A stretch of 64,000 bases of DNA from Lama guanicoe (lineage: Eukaryota). The position numbers and the translations under genes are program-made. A model generated the notes under the pieces. The model had not been told where the DNA came from. It saw only the letters and a list, made by a program, of their open reading frames with translations, and did not search any database. Position 1 is the stretch's first letter; every line of letters begins with the position of its first letter. Shown piece after piece: positions 36,863-48,524 of the stretch. The stretch spans positions 8,738,970-8,802,969 of the forward strand of contig MU056000.1 in assembly GCA_013239625.1 (NCBI GenBank). The letters are read 5' to 3'.

Positions 36863-38274
36863 TGTGCAAAACAGTGACTCTTGATGACTAAAAGGATTGA
36901 AAGCATACACACATACATCTCTATTATGAAGATTTTACACTAATTAAGTGGAAATTTTCTAATGGGTGGATGAATGGGAAGAAGTGTTTTCCAATGCTGC
37001 ACTGTGATTTCAGCAGTCTGAGTGTCTGAAGTGCAGAAGCACCAGCTATGCATAAACCCAAGGCTAATACAGCAGACTGGGCTGTTGAATGAATTTGTTG
37101 AATAAATGAATTGATTAATCTAGCCTGCTTGTTTTATTGATTGAGCCTGTCAGCTAATATTTCTTGAGAAACTGATTCTTTTTTCTGTTTCCAGTCCCAA
37201 TAATACTAATGAGATCTGAAATCTGCCAATTTTTCATGTGGAGTTAAACATAAATTAATAGTAATGATTCCATTTCCATTTTATCCATTTATTAATTATC
37301 CTTTCAATCACAGTTTTGAAGGATTATTTTTCTGTTACAACAGATGGCTTAAACATCTGTATTTAGCCATTTTATTATATCAAATGTGCGCTGTAAAGTA
37401 TATATGCTATCCAAATTGAATGCAATCATTCAAGAAAAAAAAAGTTTTGGATTATTAACAAACATTTTTACCAACTTTCCTTGAATGAAAAGAATTCTTT
37501 TCAGCTTCAATAACTTTCAGTTCTTTTTGACCTTTTTTAAAATAAGATGTCATAGATTGATATTTTGATTATTACAGAAATATGGTTTAATTTTCAATTT
37601 CAAATTTCCAAATATCTGAAAAGAATTTAATTTTATTTGGGGGTATACATATAATTGTTTCAACAAATATATTTTCATTTTGTTTAGGAATTTATAGTCA
37701 ACAGAATTAATAATCTGAATAGTTTTAAATTTTAATCTTCTGGGTGAGGTTCAATTGTATCTGCCAATTATTCCCAAGTCTTGGTCCACAGCTCTTATGG
37801 AAATACCACTGAAATTCTTTAAAATGTTATGTAACAAACTAAGCTATTATGAGAAAATACAATGTGTTACTTAAGAGTGCAGCTCCTAGAATCAGACTGT
37901 CCTGCTGTGAACACTGATTTCCAGATCACCCTTAGAAAAATAAATCAAGTAGGGGAGAGCCCCCGAATGCCTGTTCTAAAAGCAGTTGCCCCAAGCAACT
38001 GCTTGTGTGCGTTAGAATCGCCCGTACTATTTTTTAAGACAGTGAAACTGGACCCCACCCCCAAGCTTCCTGTTTAGTAGGTCCTTGCTACAAAAGTGTG
38101 AAATATCTGAGTAATTATAGATATATAACATCATAAAGATATTAATATTCCCAAAGGATGTAGCTTGCCTTACCCGATATTAACACACACTATGAAGTCA
38201 TGGAAATGACAGTAATATGGACCTGATATGAGATTAGGGATTAATATAATTAGGGAGATCAAAAATAGTTACTC

Positions 38275-38360
38275 TATATGTACATATGCATGACTGGGAC
38301 ATTGTGTTGTACACCAGAAATTGACACACGGTAACTGACTGCACTTCAGTTAAAAAAAAA
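38275..38360 (+). mobile_element. Short camelid-type L1 3' end
   Basis: GCATGACTGGGACATTGTGTTGTACACCAGAAATTGACACAC..TAACTGACTGCACTTCAGTT plus A9. TTACTC on both flanks. Confidence 0.85.
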
Positions 38361-38379
38361 TTACTCCCTATTTGCAGCA

Positions 38380-38790
38380 GACCTTACTTTTTTGTGGAAA
38401 TAGATTACAAATCTAGGAATAAGTGGAGTTTATTGGGATAATCATCTTCATTACATGGGGAAAATTATATCCTTATCTCACACCACATTTAAAACCATAC
38501 CCTCAAATATTGATGATTTAAATGTGAAAGTATAAAATATAAAAATTAAAAATAATGTGGAAGACAATCTTCATTACTTTCAAGGGGATAGAATTTCTTA
38601 ATCAAGACACTCAAACACTAAAGACAAATGTAATCAATGAATAAATCTGACTACATCAAAATGATAAATTTTTACCAAATGAACAATACCATAGGCAAAG
38701 CAAAGTCATGGTTCACGTGAAGGGGGATATTATTGTAACTTCTGGAACCAAAAAAATTAAATATTTACATACTGCACATCAAATAAAACA
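38380..38790 (+). mobile_element. Old L1ME ORF2 fragment
   Basis: ATCCTTATCTCACACCACAT..GATTTAAATGTGAAAG..AATTTCTTAATCAAGACAC..ATAAATCTGACTACATCAAAAT. Confidence 0.65.
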
Positions 38791-40060
38791 ACACCATATC
38801 ATTGCCTGAAAGACCTTACAGAATGAGACCTGCCCAGATGCATGGCATGATATTTCCCCTTACCTTCTTTGAAATGATTTAATTTATTGCTAATAACATT
38901 ATTTTAATGTTTATACATATCAAACTCTCCTGTCTCAGGAATTCTCTCATTTGCTCTTAATTCTGCTCCCATATAGTTTTCAATCCCACTGTCATGTGTA
39001 GGTTTAAAATTTACCTCCTCAGGCATGCTTCTTTTGACCATTTATAAATACCCTACCCATTTAATTTCTATGCCAGCACTCCATTAATTTCCTGTACAGT
39101 TTTTTTTTTACAGTTGTGTAATTGTGTTGTTTAACTGTTGTGGGATCACAGAGAAAATACCTATCTTTCCACACAGTTTGGGGTTTTCTGAACTAATTTT
39201 GCTGAAACTGGAGATCCTGGTCTAAGAGTAAGACTTAAAATTAATTTACAACTCTAGAGAGTGTGAGAACTACATAGAGATTTACATAGCTCCACCTTTC
39301 ACGGCTGAATGATGACAGGGACATTGGACACATTTCTGCTTGGAGATACATGACTTATTTGGCCCTTGGAGACATTTTTTCCAAATTAAAGAATTAGAAT
39401 ACGGGCCCAGCCTCACTACATTTTCAAGGAGACCTCTTCAGGAGAGGGGAGGACACTGGCCTCTCTCTCCCCTCTGTAAACAGAGAAAATTAATTTTTTC
39501 TCCATTTCTTGATTATGATACAGACATCAAATTCTGTATGCATCGGTATGTTTGCCCTGGCTTTTATTTTGTTGAACTAGGATAAAAATTGCAGTGTGAG
39601 GAAGCATGTGGCCACTTTTTAAAGTAAATAATTACAATCTTTGATTCAGAGCACTTCACATGCACAACAGGGCAAAATTAATAGATACGAATATTAAACG
39701 CTCAACACTTGTACTGCTGATTAATGTAAGGAAACATCAACGTGTGTGTGGGTGTGTGTGTGCACATGCACACCTCTTTGAGTGTAAGTACGTACACGTG
39801 CTTGTGTGTGTTCATAGGCGCTTCGGTCGCTTAACCATAGTCTCCAGTTACACAGATCGCTATCTAGGGTTTCTCGCCACCCAGTTTCTCACCCCTCGTT
39901 GCCAAATCAATAGCCCAATTTTTCATTTTATCTGTTTATTACAAAGATGCGATGTCTGTGTGTGTGTGTTTCTCATTCAATCCCAGATCCCCGGTCTTCA
40001 TGTTCAGTCTCCTCACTACAGAGGAAGGCAGACACTTGTATGCATTGCTTTGCCATTTAG

Positions 40061-40114
40061 CATAATACTCATAATACTTGATTTACACATAATACTCACA
40101 ATACTCATAATACT
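40061..40114. repeat. 9-bp minisatellite (CATAATACT), 6 units in register
   Basis: CATAATACT CATAATACT TGATTTACA CATAATACT CACAATACT CATAATACT. Confidence 0.85.
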
Positions 40115-40244
40115 CTGTTTATTACATATTTTTATTGAACATGAACTATGAGCATATATTTAATAAATAAATACACTTCCCAAACTCTAAAATGTTGATA
40201 AACTGAAATAAAGGCAGTTAAAGTTTTGTGGTTTTCCACAATAC

Positions 40245-40385
40245 TTTTTTTCTTTTTTTGAGGTGGGGGTGGAAGGTAATTAGGTTTATTTATTTATTTA
40301 TATATTAATGGAGGTACCAGGGATTGAACCCAAGACTTCTCACGTGCTAAGCATGTGCTCTACCACCTGAGCTATAGCCTCCCCC
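40245..40385 (-). mobile_element. Camelid Vic-1-type SINE
   Basis: T-tail, GGTAATTAGGTTTATTTATTTA, GGAGGTACCAGGGATTGAACCC, GTGCTCTACCACCTGAGCTATAGCCTCCCC. Confidence 0.92.
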
Positions 40386-41560
40386 TCCATGGTGTCTTTG
40401 AAATACCTGCTTTCAATCTACCTGTATACTTTCATTTAAAAACTAAAACTTGTTCAATATATTTGGACTAACTTTACAAATCATGAAAAGTTGTTGAAGG
40501 ATGTTTAGAATGCCTAAAGTATATCCTTATATTTTATGAGACTTTTGGCTATCAATCCAATTCAACACCTACTTAATGCTATTTCAGACTGAGACCAATC
40601 AAATGGAAGATGTATCTGAATTTATGTGGGATTTACAGTATCCTAATGATTCCTAGGTCTACATAAACAAAATTGTCTAAGCCCTGTAATTATTGACAAT
40701 TATTTATATCCCATCACTTCTGGCAAAGCGTTTTTGCTTTCTCTGACACATAACTCATATAGCATATTACAAACCCATATCTCAAGCTTCACTCAAATTT
40801 ATAATATTTTTCTTACTCAAGCATATTAATTATTTTCATACATTTTTCAATTGATAAGTGATAGATTTTTTTCCTATAATGATTCCTATCTCATGTCAAT
40901 GGCTGATTTGTGTTCCATTTTTCATGTTTTATTGGCAAACACTTTAAAATAGCTTCATCAAATATAAATCACAATGATTAACTTAATGCAGCATACAAAG
41001 TGAAATAAGAATAAGTATTTGCATTAAAAAAGCCTAACATTTTAGTAATTCAACACAAGGGCATACAAAGTGGTTTCCTTGACAACAAGAAATAGTCAAA
41101 ATTTATTTGTGAGTTTAAAATTATGTTATCTCATAATTCTGTGCATATTCAGATTGTTTTTAACTTACTGTGAGAAAATTCTTTTGTACTAAACAAAAGT
41201 AGGTAAAATAATCCTGTCATTATAAAAGAACAAATCTTACCCAGATCTGAAGAACACAAAAGAAATGGGGTTAAGCAAAATCGACCTTTTTCAATTTAAA
41301 TTAAAAAGAACTTTAAAAATATTCAGTTAATATATTTGAAAATATAAAAGTTTTTAGTTGAATAAGTATTTAAGAAAATAAACCTGGGATTAAGATTATT
41401 TAAATCTGTTAGTTACCCAGATGCATACCAAATGTAGATGCTTCCATAAAAGAGTCAGATAATGGGTTTTATGTAATTATTTAAAGTATCTATCTATTAT
41501 CATTATTGTCTGTTATTTGAACATAATATTGCTAATTGCAAAATAGAAGTACTGCATCAG

Positions 41561-42032
41561 TGTATTAATCAGATTTCTCCAGAGAAACAGAACCAGTAGG
41601 ATCCATGTATATTAAGAGATTTAAGGAACTGGCTCATATGATGGTATGGGTTCAATCATATGTGTACGGGTGGTGTATGGATTTTGGGTAAAACCAAAAT
41701 CAGTAGGGCAAACTATCAAGTTGGAGATTTAGGTAGGAGCTGATGTTTCAGTCCTGAGTCTGAAGGCTGGAAAACTGTGGCAGAATTTCCATGTTGGAGC
41801 TTGGAGTCAAAATTCCTTCTCCAAGAAACCTCAATCTTTGCCCTTAAGGCTTTCAGTTGGTTGGATGAGACCCCAGGCATAATGAAAGGCGATCTGCTTT
41901 ACTTACAGTCAATAGATTATAAATATTAATCACATCTGAAAAATATCTTTACAGCAACATTTAGACAAGTGTTTGAGCAAACATCTCACCACCACTGTCT
42001 AGTCAAGTTAACGCATAAAATTAACCATCACC
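41561..42032 (-). mobile_element. MLT2 (ERVL) solo LTR, MLT2D-like, with 5-bp TSD
   Basis: TGTATTAATCAGATTTCTCCAGAGAAACAGAACCAGTAGGA..AAGGAACTGGCTCA..AGTCAAGTTAACGCATAAAATTAACCATCAC. ATCAG at 41556-41560 and 42033-42037. Confidence 0.92.
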
Positions 42033-42037
42033 ATCAG

Positions 42038-42552
42038 GAGTTAAGATTTCTATTTCAAGTAGCAGAAGCTCCAAGTCAACACAATTTGAATAGTAAGGAT
42101 ACTTACTACTTCACATCCAAGGAAACCCAACGTGGCTCCAGTGTTGGTGGAATCAGATCCTTTCTGTCCTTCAGGTCTGGTATTTTCCAGGCTGACTTCA
42201 TCTGTAAACTTACAGGAAGAGAGTTATAGCATTTTAAGACCTCATATCCAGAGACAAAAGGGAAAGACCATCGCTTCCTATGTCTTTTTCTTACAGTTGA
42301 GAAATTTATCTTGCCCTGTGTTTCTCTTCATCTAGTGGTTCAACTGTATTCTTTAAAATGAAAGAAAGAAAATCCCACTCTGGCTTTCCCAGAAATCGCC
42401 ACATCAGGCATCTCACATCTCAGTAGCCAGAATCAGATCACATGCTCATGTCTGAGTCACACTGTCAGGAGGAACAGCAGAACCTGTCCTGGCTTGGACT
42501 GCTCATCTGATGAGGAGCAGGCACTTTGGAAACAACCACAATGTCTCCCACA
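42038..42552 (-). mobile_element. Old MaLR LTR (MLT1J/K-like)
   Basis: CAAGTAGCAGAAGCTCCAAGTCAA..CTTTCCCAGAAATC..CTCACATCTCAGTAGCCAGAATCAGATCACATGCTCA..CAACCACAATGTCTCCCACA. Confidence 0.65.
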
Positions 42553-42639
42553 ACCAGCTATATTTTTATTTTCATATATTTTATTTTTATATTTCTTTGG
42601 GGTTATGCTTATTCTATTTGCAGATCTTGCTGGTAATCT

Positions 42640-43440
42640 AAAAATGCTGATGATGTCTGCATAGATATGAGTCTCAAATCCTGTACTTTCTCCTGCTTAC
42701 TGAGTGTTTGTATGAGGATGTTCTGTAACTTCCCAAAATTCAACATTTGTAAAACAAGCTGCTAATAGTCCTCTCTAACTTACTATAACATTTATTTAGT
42801 GACAAGATCAACCATTTACTCAGTTGCTGCACAGAGAAAACTTAGAGACAACCCAGACATCTTATTTTCTTACACCTCTACCCAGTTGTTTGCAAAATCC
42901 AGATAGTTTTGCCCTAAATTCTTGATTCCGACTCCTCTTATCCATTTCTATTACCACTTTTCTGATCTAGACCTTTCCATTCAAAATTATGAATGGGCAT
43001 GATCTTTCCCCTACCTTTGAAGCACACTGCTGTCAAAGTTATTGTTCTAAAATTCAAATCTAACCATTTTGATAACCTCCTCAAAACTCTTCACAAGAAC
43101 CCTTTAGCTTATGAGATAAAATCTTAAACACTTTACATACATATAAATCATAGGTGTGTATAAATACATTATTTGCTTTCTTACCATTACCAACTTTCTT
43201 ATATATAAACAGTGCTTGAAACATATAAACTACTACATATGCTTCCTTAAAAAGCAAGATTTGTCCCATATCTGAGCCCGTTTCCTACACTGCTCTTCAT
43301 CCCAGAAGGAAATTCCTTTCCCTTAAACTGTCAAAATTTCATTAGTTAATTTTATCTACTCAATCCAAGTAGATAAATATAAATTTCAAAGTTCCTTGCT
43401 AAGTCTTCCCAAGGCTCCTCTGTCTTGCTCCCCAGAGAAG
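42640..43440 (+). mobile_element. L2 fragments (RT end to 3' region)
   Basis: ATGCTGATGAT..CAAAATTCAACATTTGTAAAAC..ACCATTTACTCAGTTGCT..AAACTTAGAG..TTCTAAAATTCAAATCTAACCAT..CCTCAAAACTCTTCA. Confidence 0.65.
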
Positions 43441-44182
43441 AAAGAAATACCTGAGGCTTATCTGTTCTTAGCTACACGTACCCACTTAATTCTGGGGACT
43501 GTGACCAACTTGAGGGCTGGAACTGATGTTCAGCTTAGCGTTCCGGAAAGTAACAGAGTGACTGCCACATATGTGATGTCCAATGGATAGTTGTAATGAT
43601 GTTTGGAAAAATGAGTATTTATGATGGTTTCAGAGACTTTACAAAGACTTACAAATTGCCAAAATCTAAAATGGATTATGCTATCTAATAACCATAATAA
43701 ACCCTTAAAGCAATGTGATATAATTATCTTCTTTTTCAGAGGAGGAAACCATGGCTTAAAGTCAACTGTAGTAAAGGTAGGACTCAAACTAAGTTCCGTG
43801 TTTATGGTCACAACCGTGAACCTCACTGTCACCATGAATAAATCAGTCAATGGGTGAATGACTGTGCTATTGCTTTACCAGCATGCTGAAATTTTCTCTC
43901 AAAGATACTATGTCTCATTTCTAATTGCTGGGTTAATCTGCTTGTTCCTTGATTTTTTTCTGATACTATAAATAATTATAGATCTTAAATAATTATACTG
44001 CAATTCTTTCAGAAGTTAGCATCTTATTTGCATGCATGCATGCATCTATTCATTCATAAAGCATTTATTAAGTCTATATATTGTTCAAAACACTGTGCTT
44101 TGTAATTATCCTGAAATTATCTGGTCCTATGATGATTAGGTCCTATATCAAGCTAGTTAAATGCCCAAGATGCCAGGATACT

Positions 44183-44285
44183 TGTATTATTAGTCAGGGT
44201 TCTCTGGAGAAATAGAAATAACATGATAGTTGCTTGTTTGTTTCTTTATTATAAAGAATTGGCTTTTACAATTTTGGAGGTTTGA
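44183..44285 (-). mobile_element. MLT2 LTR terminal fragment
   Basis: TATTAGTCAGGGTTCTCTGGAGAAATAGAA..TTATTATAAAGAATTGGCT..AATTTTGGAGG. Confidence 0.7.
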
Positions 44286-44304
44286 TTCCATCAAGATTAG
44301 CTAA

Positions 44305-44305
<1 letters not shown>

Positions 44306-44332
<27 letters not shown>
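44306..44332. repeat. Poly(T) run (T27)
   Basis: 27 consecutive T. Confidence 0.9.
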
Positions 44333-44337
<5 letters not shown>

Positions 44338-45367
44338 CTAAAAACTCACACAATACTTTGGAGAATGAATCATTCAGCTAAAATTATTTACAAAAATTTC
44401 CCTGTAAGGGTATCTTTTTATTGCATTATCCTTCAGTTTCTAGAGTGATGTTATCTTAAATGAAATTATTGTCTAGGCTAAGAGACATATTTAATTAGGT
44501 AAATGTGCATAAATGCTCCATGTTTACAAATATAAGGCTCAAATGTTTTATGCCATATTGTGCAACGCTTGTTCCTATATTGTTGTTATTTTCATTTGCA
44601 CATTTAGATTTTACCAGGAATGTCTAAACAGGTGACTTCTTTGGTTAAGGAAGCTTGCGTTGTTGTGGCATAAAATGATACAAGTTTTTAAAATAGCCAA
44701 GAGGCTGTTTTTATAGTGTCTAGATTACACATGCAGGTTTTTAAGAAAATGGCAAGCAAGGTGTGTGGGGGCCTTAGACCAACAGCAGGGATCTTGTTCT
44801 GGGTATTACTAAAGCAGTTGGGGGCATCTAGGTTTTTTAGCTGACACTAGATTTGTGTGCAGTCTGCTGTGGTTTGTCTATACAAACAACATTTGTATGA
44901 ACCTTAGTACATACTGAAATGAGCTGAAAGGGAGCTGCATCAGAATTATGTATTCAGGAATGCTCTAATTAGTAAAAACAGCTGAAGTAGGCTCCAATTA
45001 TTAGGAAAAAGGCAATCCATCAAAAATTACAAGGCACAAAAAGCAAAGAAAAAGAAAAAGACATTTTCAAGACATACAGTAATGAGCAGAACCAGACTCA
45101 AATGTTGGAACTGCCAAGGAGGAATTAGAAAATCTATAATTTATATGCTAAAAATCTAGTAGAAAAGGTGGACAACAGCCATGAGCAGATGGGAATTTCA
45201 GCATAGAAATGGAAATGATAAGAAAGTGATGAAAGGAAGTGCTACAAACAATATCATGTATGAAAAATTTATTTGATGTGCTTATCTCAAAACTCTGCAT
45301 AGTAATGTAGTTGAGTAAAGAATCCTTACTTAAAGATATACCAATAGAAATGTCAAAATACAAAAGA

Positions 45368-45828
45368 TTTATGGCTTTTATTAAGTTGAGGTATGTTTCC
45401 TCTATGCACATTTCCTTGAGAGCCGCTGTTATAAACATATGTTAAAATTGGTCAAAAGCTTTTTCTGCATCTATTGAAAGGATATTACTTTTTTTTGGCA
45501 ATTTGTTAATGTAATATATCACATTGATTGATTTGTGGATATTGAACCATCCTTGCATCTCTGGGATAAATCCCACTTGATCATGGTGTGTGATCCTTTT
45601 AGTGCATTGTTGACTTTGATTTGTTAACATTTTGTTGAGGCTTTTTGCATCTAAGTTTATCAGTGATATTATCAGTGATATAGGCCCATAATTTTCTGTT
45701 TTTTTGTATTGGTTTTGTCTGGATTTGGTATCATGGTGATTCTGGCCTCATGAAATGAGTTTGGGAGCATGACTTCCATTGCATTTTGGGGAATAATTTG
45801 AGAAGGATAAGTGTTAATTCTTTTTTAA
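45368..45828 (-). mobile_element. L1 ORF2 RT segment in inverted orientation (younger than host)
   Basis: Minus ORFs give [42 protein letters not shown] and IEETYLNLIKAI, clear L1 RT motifs. Confidence 0.92.
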
Positions 45829-46060
45829 ATATACAACATGATTAATATAATTAACACTGATATACCTTATATGTGAAAGTTGTTAAGTGAGTAAATCCTA
45901 AGAATTCTTATTACAAGGAAAAAATTTTTCTTTTCTTAAATTTTTGTATCTATATGACACAATGGATGTTCATTTAACTTATTGTGGTAATCATTTTATG
46001 AAGTCTATAAATTTAGATCTTAATAAAACTGGAAGGAAAACATTTAAGAAATAAAAAAGA
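45829..46060 (+). mobile_element. L1MA9-like 3' end
   Basis: ATACAACATGATTAATATAATTAACACTG..TGAAAGTTGTTAAG..GTAAATCCTAAG..TTCTTATTACAAGGAAAA..ATGGATGTTCA..AACTTATTGTGGTAATCATTT..AATAAAACTGGAAG. Confidence 0.8.
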
Positions 46061-48510
46061 ATACTCACTCTGCATATGACCACAATAATAAATTGTCACT
46101 ACTCATATTCTTAAAAATATATATATATAAAGAGACAAATAGGATAACCAAGAGATGTGGGACAATGTAAATAGTGTAATATACAGGCATTTGGAGTTTC
46201 AGAAAGATAAGAGAGAGAAAAATATGATGGACTAAATATTTGAAGAGATCACAGATAATTTTCTGAATATTGTGAAAGCCATCAAATGACAGATGTAAGA
46301 AGCTTGTGCTAAAAAGGCAAGCAATGACACATCTAAACTTGATGTGATCACTCTGCTGAAAACAAAGAGAAAAATAAAATTTGAAGAAAGTCTGACTGCA
46401 AAAGATATAATATACAGAGACATGACGTGGGAATGACAACAGAATTCTTGTCAGAAATTCTAAAAATGTCAAGCTAATAGAGTGATATAAGGTAATAAAT
46501 GAAAAAAATCTGTTAATAAAGATTTCAGTACTCAGCAAACATCTCCCTAAAGTGAAGGCAAAGTAAAAACTTTTTTGGAAAATAAAAATTGAGAAATTCA
46601 CTGCCAGTAGAACTGCACTACAGGAATTTTTAAAAGAAATTTTCAAGCAGAAGGTATGAAGGAGAGTTGGATCTAGAGAAGGAAATAGAGAGAGTTGGAA
46701 AGAATAAAATTTAAAGTAGTACAAGGCATTTTTTTTGTAATTTTAATTGCATTGGAAATGACTGTCTAGAACAAAAAAAAAAACGGTAACAACGCACTGT
46801 GAAATGTGTCGTATGTGAAATAAATGCATGACAACATCAGAAAGAATGTGAGGAAGGAATTAGAAGCACATTATTTTAAGGCTCTTATACTCTATGTGAA
46901 GAGTTTTTAATATTTTAAAAGGTAGATTTTACTAGGTTAAATGCATATTATTAAGAAGAGAACATCAATAAAAATAAAGGAGGTATAAGTAATACCCTGA
47001 AAATGGAAATAAAATAAAATAATAAAATTACAAATCCAAAAGATACAGAAAAGGAGAAGCCGTAAGAAGAGATATGACCAATAGAAAACACTGGTAAGAT
47101 GAGAGATTTAAGTCCAATACTATCAATAATCACATTAAATGTAAAAGGCCTAAAAATATCAATTGAAAAGGTAGGAATTATGAGATTGGATAAAAAATCA
47201 AAACCAAATTATATATGAGGGACCTACTTTGAATCTAAAGAAATAGGTAAGTAAAATAATATTGCTACCACCAATTTATAAAAGCTGAAGTGGCTCTGTA
47301 TCTGACAGGGTAGACTTCAGACCAAAGAATAGTTTAGAAATAATAGGGGCATTCCTAATGTTATTGGGGCCAATTTACCAGGAAGGCATAGAGTCACAGT
47401 AAGTATGCACTTAACAACATAGCCTCAAAACACACAAATCTGGATTGAAAGGAGGCACAGTCAAATCTGCAATTATATTTGGAGCCTCCAACATTCCACT
47501 CTCAGCTATCGTAGTACAAGTAGGTAGAAAATGCGTAAGACCTGAATGATGCTCTCAGACAACTTGAGCTAACTGACATTTATACAACAACAATATTAGG
47601 ACACACATTCTTTTCAAGTGCACATGGAGAATTCACCAAGAAAGTCCACATTTGGAACCATAAAAATAAACCTCAAAAATTTTTAAATAATTGAAACTCC
47701 ATAATGTATGTTCTTTTATTACAGTGGAATTACATTCGAAATCCATAGCAGAAAGGTGTTCAGACAAAATCCCCCCAAATTTGGAAATTAAATAACAAAT
47801 TTCTAAATAACTTACAGGCTAAAAAGTTAAGTAGTCAAAAATGGAAATTACAAAATGTTTTGAATTAAATTAAAATGATCTTCAAAATCTGCGGGATGCT
47901 GCAAAAGTAGTGTTTAGAACAATGTTTATTGCAACTAATGCTCAGAATATAAAACAAGAATGTTGTAAATCAATAAACCAAGCATTGTTTTTAAGTAACT
48001 AGAGAAAGAACAGCAAGATAAACCTCAAACATAAAGAAATTACAAATAATAGAGTAGGAATCTATAAAATTAAAAACATTAAAAAATATCTGAGACCCAA
48101 TGCAGCTGATTCTTGGAAAAGATGGATAAAATCAATAAACATCTGTCCAGATGCACTGAGTGAAAATGGAAAGAAGATAACATATTATTAATATTAGAAA
48201 GACAAAAGGGACATCTTTATAGATCTTCATAGATAAAAGGGAATAAGGGGAATATTACGAACAACTTTATACCAATCAGTTGGGTAATGATTGAAATGGA
48301 AAAATTTCTTGAAAGATACAGACTACCAAAGCTCCCTTAAGAAGAAACAGGTAATTTGAAAACCACTTTTCAAATTGAATCACCGCTCCAGCAATCAGGA
48401 CCCTTCAGTCTCTTCTATGGTCTCTCAGAACACTAACTGTTGCATTCTGGTATTAAAATTTTCCTCAGGATAATTGTCGGGGTGGGATCCTTGCATGTGT
48501 TTTAAACTTG

Positions 48511-48524
48511 GTTACCGTGGATAC
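48511..48524. promoter_or_regulatory. Possible RFX X-box
   Basis: GTTACCGTGGATAC fits the two-half-site RFX pattern with 2-bp spacer. Confidence 0.3.

Larger units (their letters stand above)
44990..48380 (+). mobile_element. Old L1M: ORF1, spacer and ORF2 endonuclease/linker, degenerate and interrupted
   Basis: ORF1-like AAATGTTGGAACT, CAGATGGGAATTTCAGCATAGAAATGGAA, TGTGGGACAA, ATATTTGAAGA, GAGAAATTCACTGCCAGTAG. ORF2 start CTATCAATAATCACATTAAATGTAAAAGGCCTA (LSIITLNVKGL), CACATTCTTTTCAAGTGCACATGGA, GAAATGGAAAAATTTCTTGAAAGATACAGACTACCAAAGCTC. Confidence 0.88.

Noticed and set aside
39660..40151. 163-aa ORF
   Set aside because: Built from TG repeats (VCVC) and the 9-bp minisatellite (IILIIL). 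No recognisable domain.
45148..45630. ORFs with reverse-transcriptase motifs as a functional RT gene (also 15364-15597)
   Set aside because: Short, frameshifted L1 ORF2 remnants.
46065..46724. 219-aa minus-strand ORF, the longest in the track
   Set aside because: Antisense to A-rich L1 ORF1 remnant. F/L/S/I-rich composition reflects the T-rich strand.
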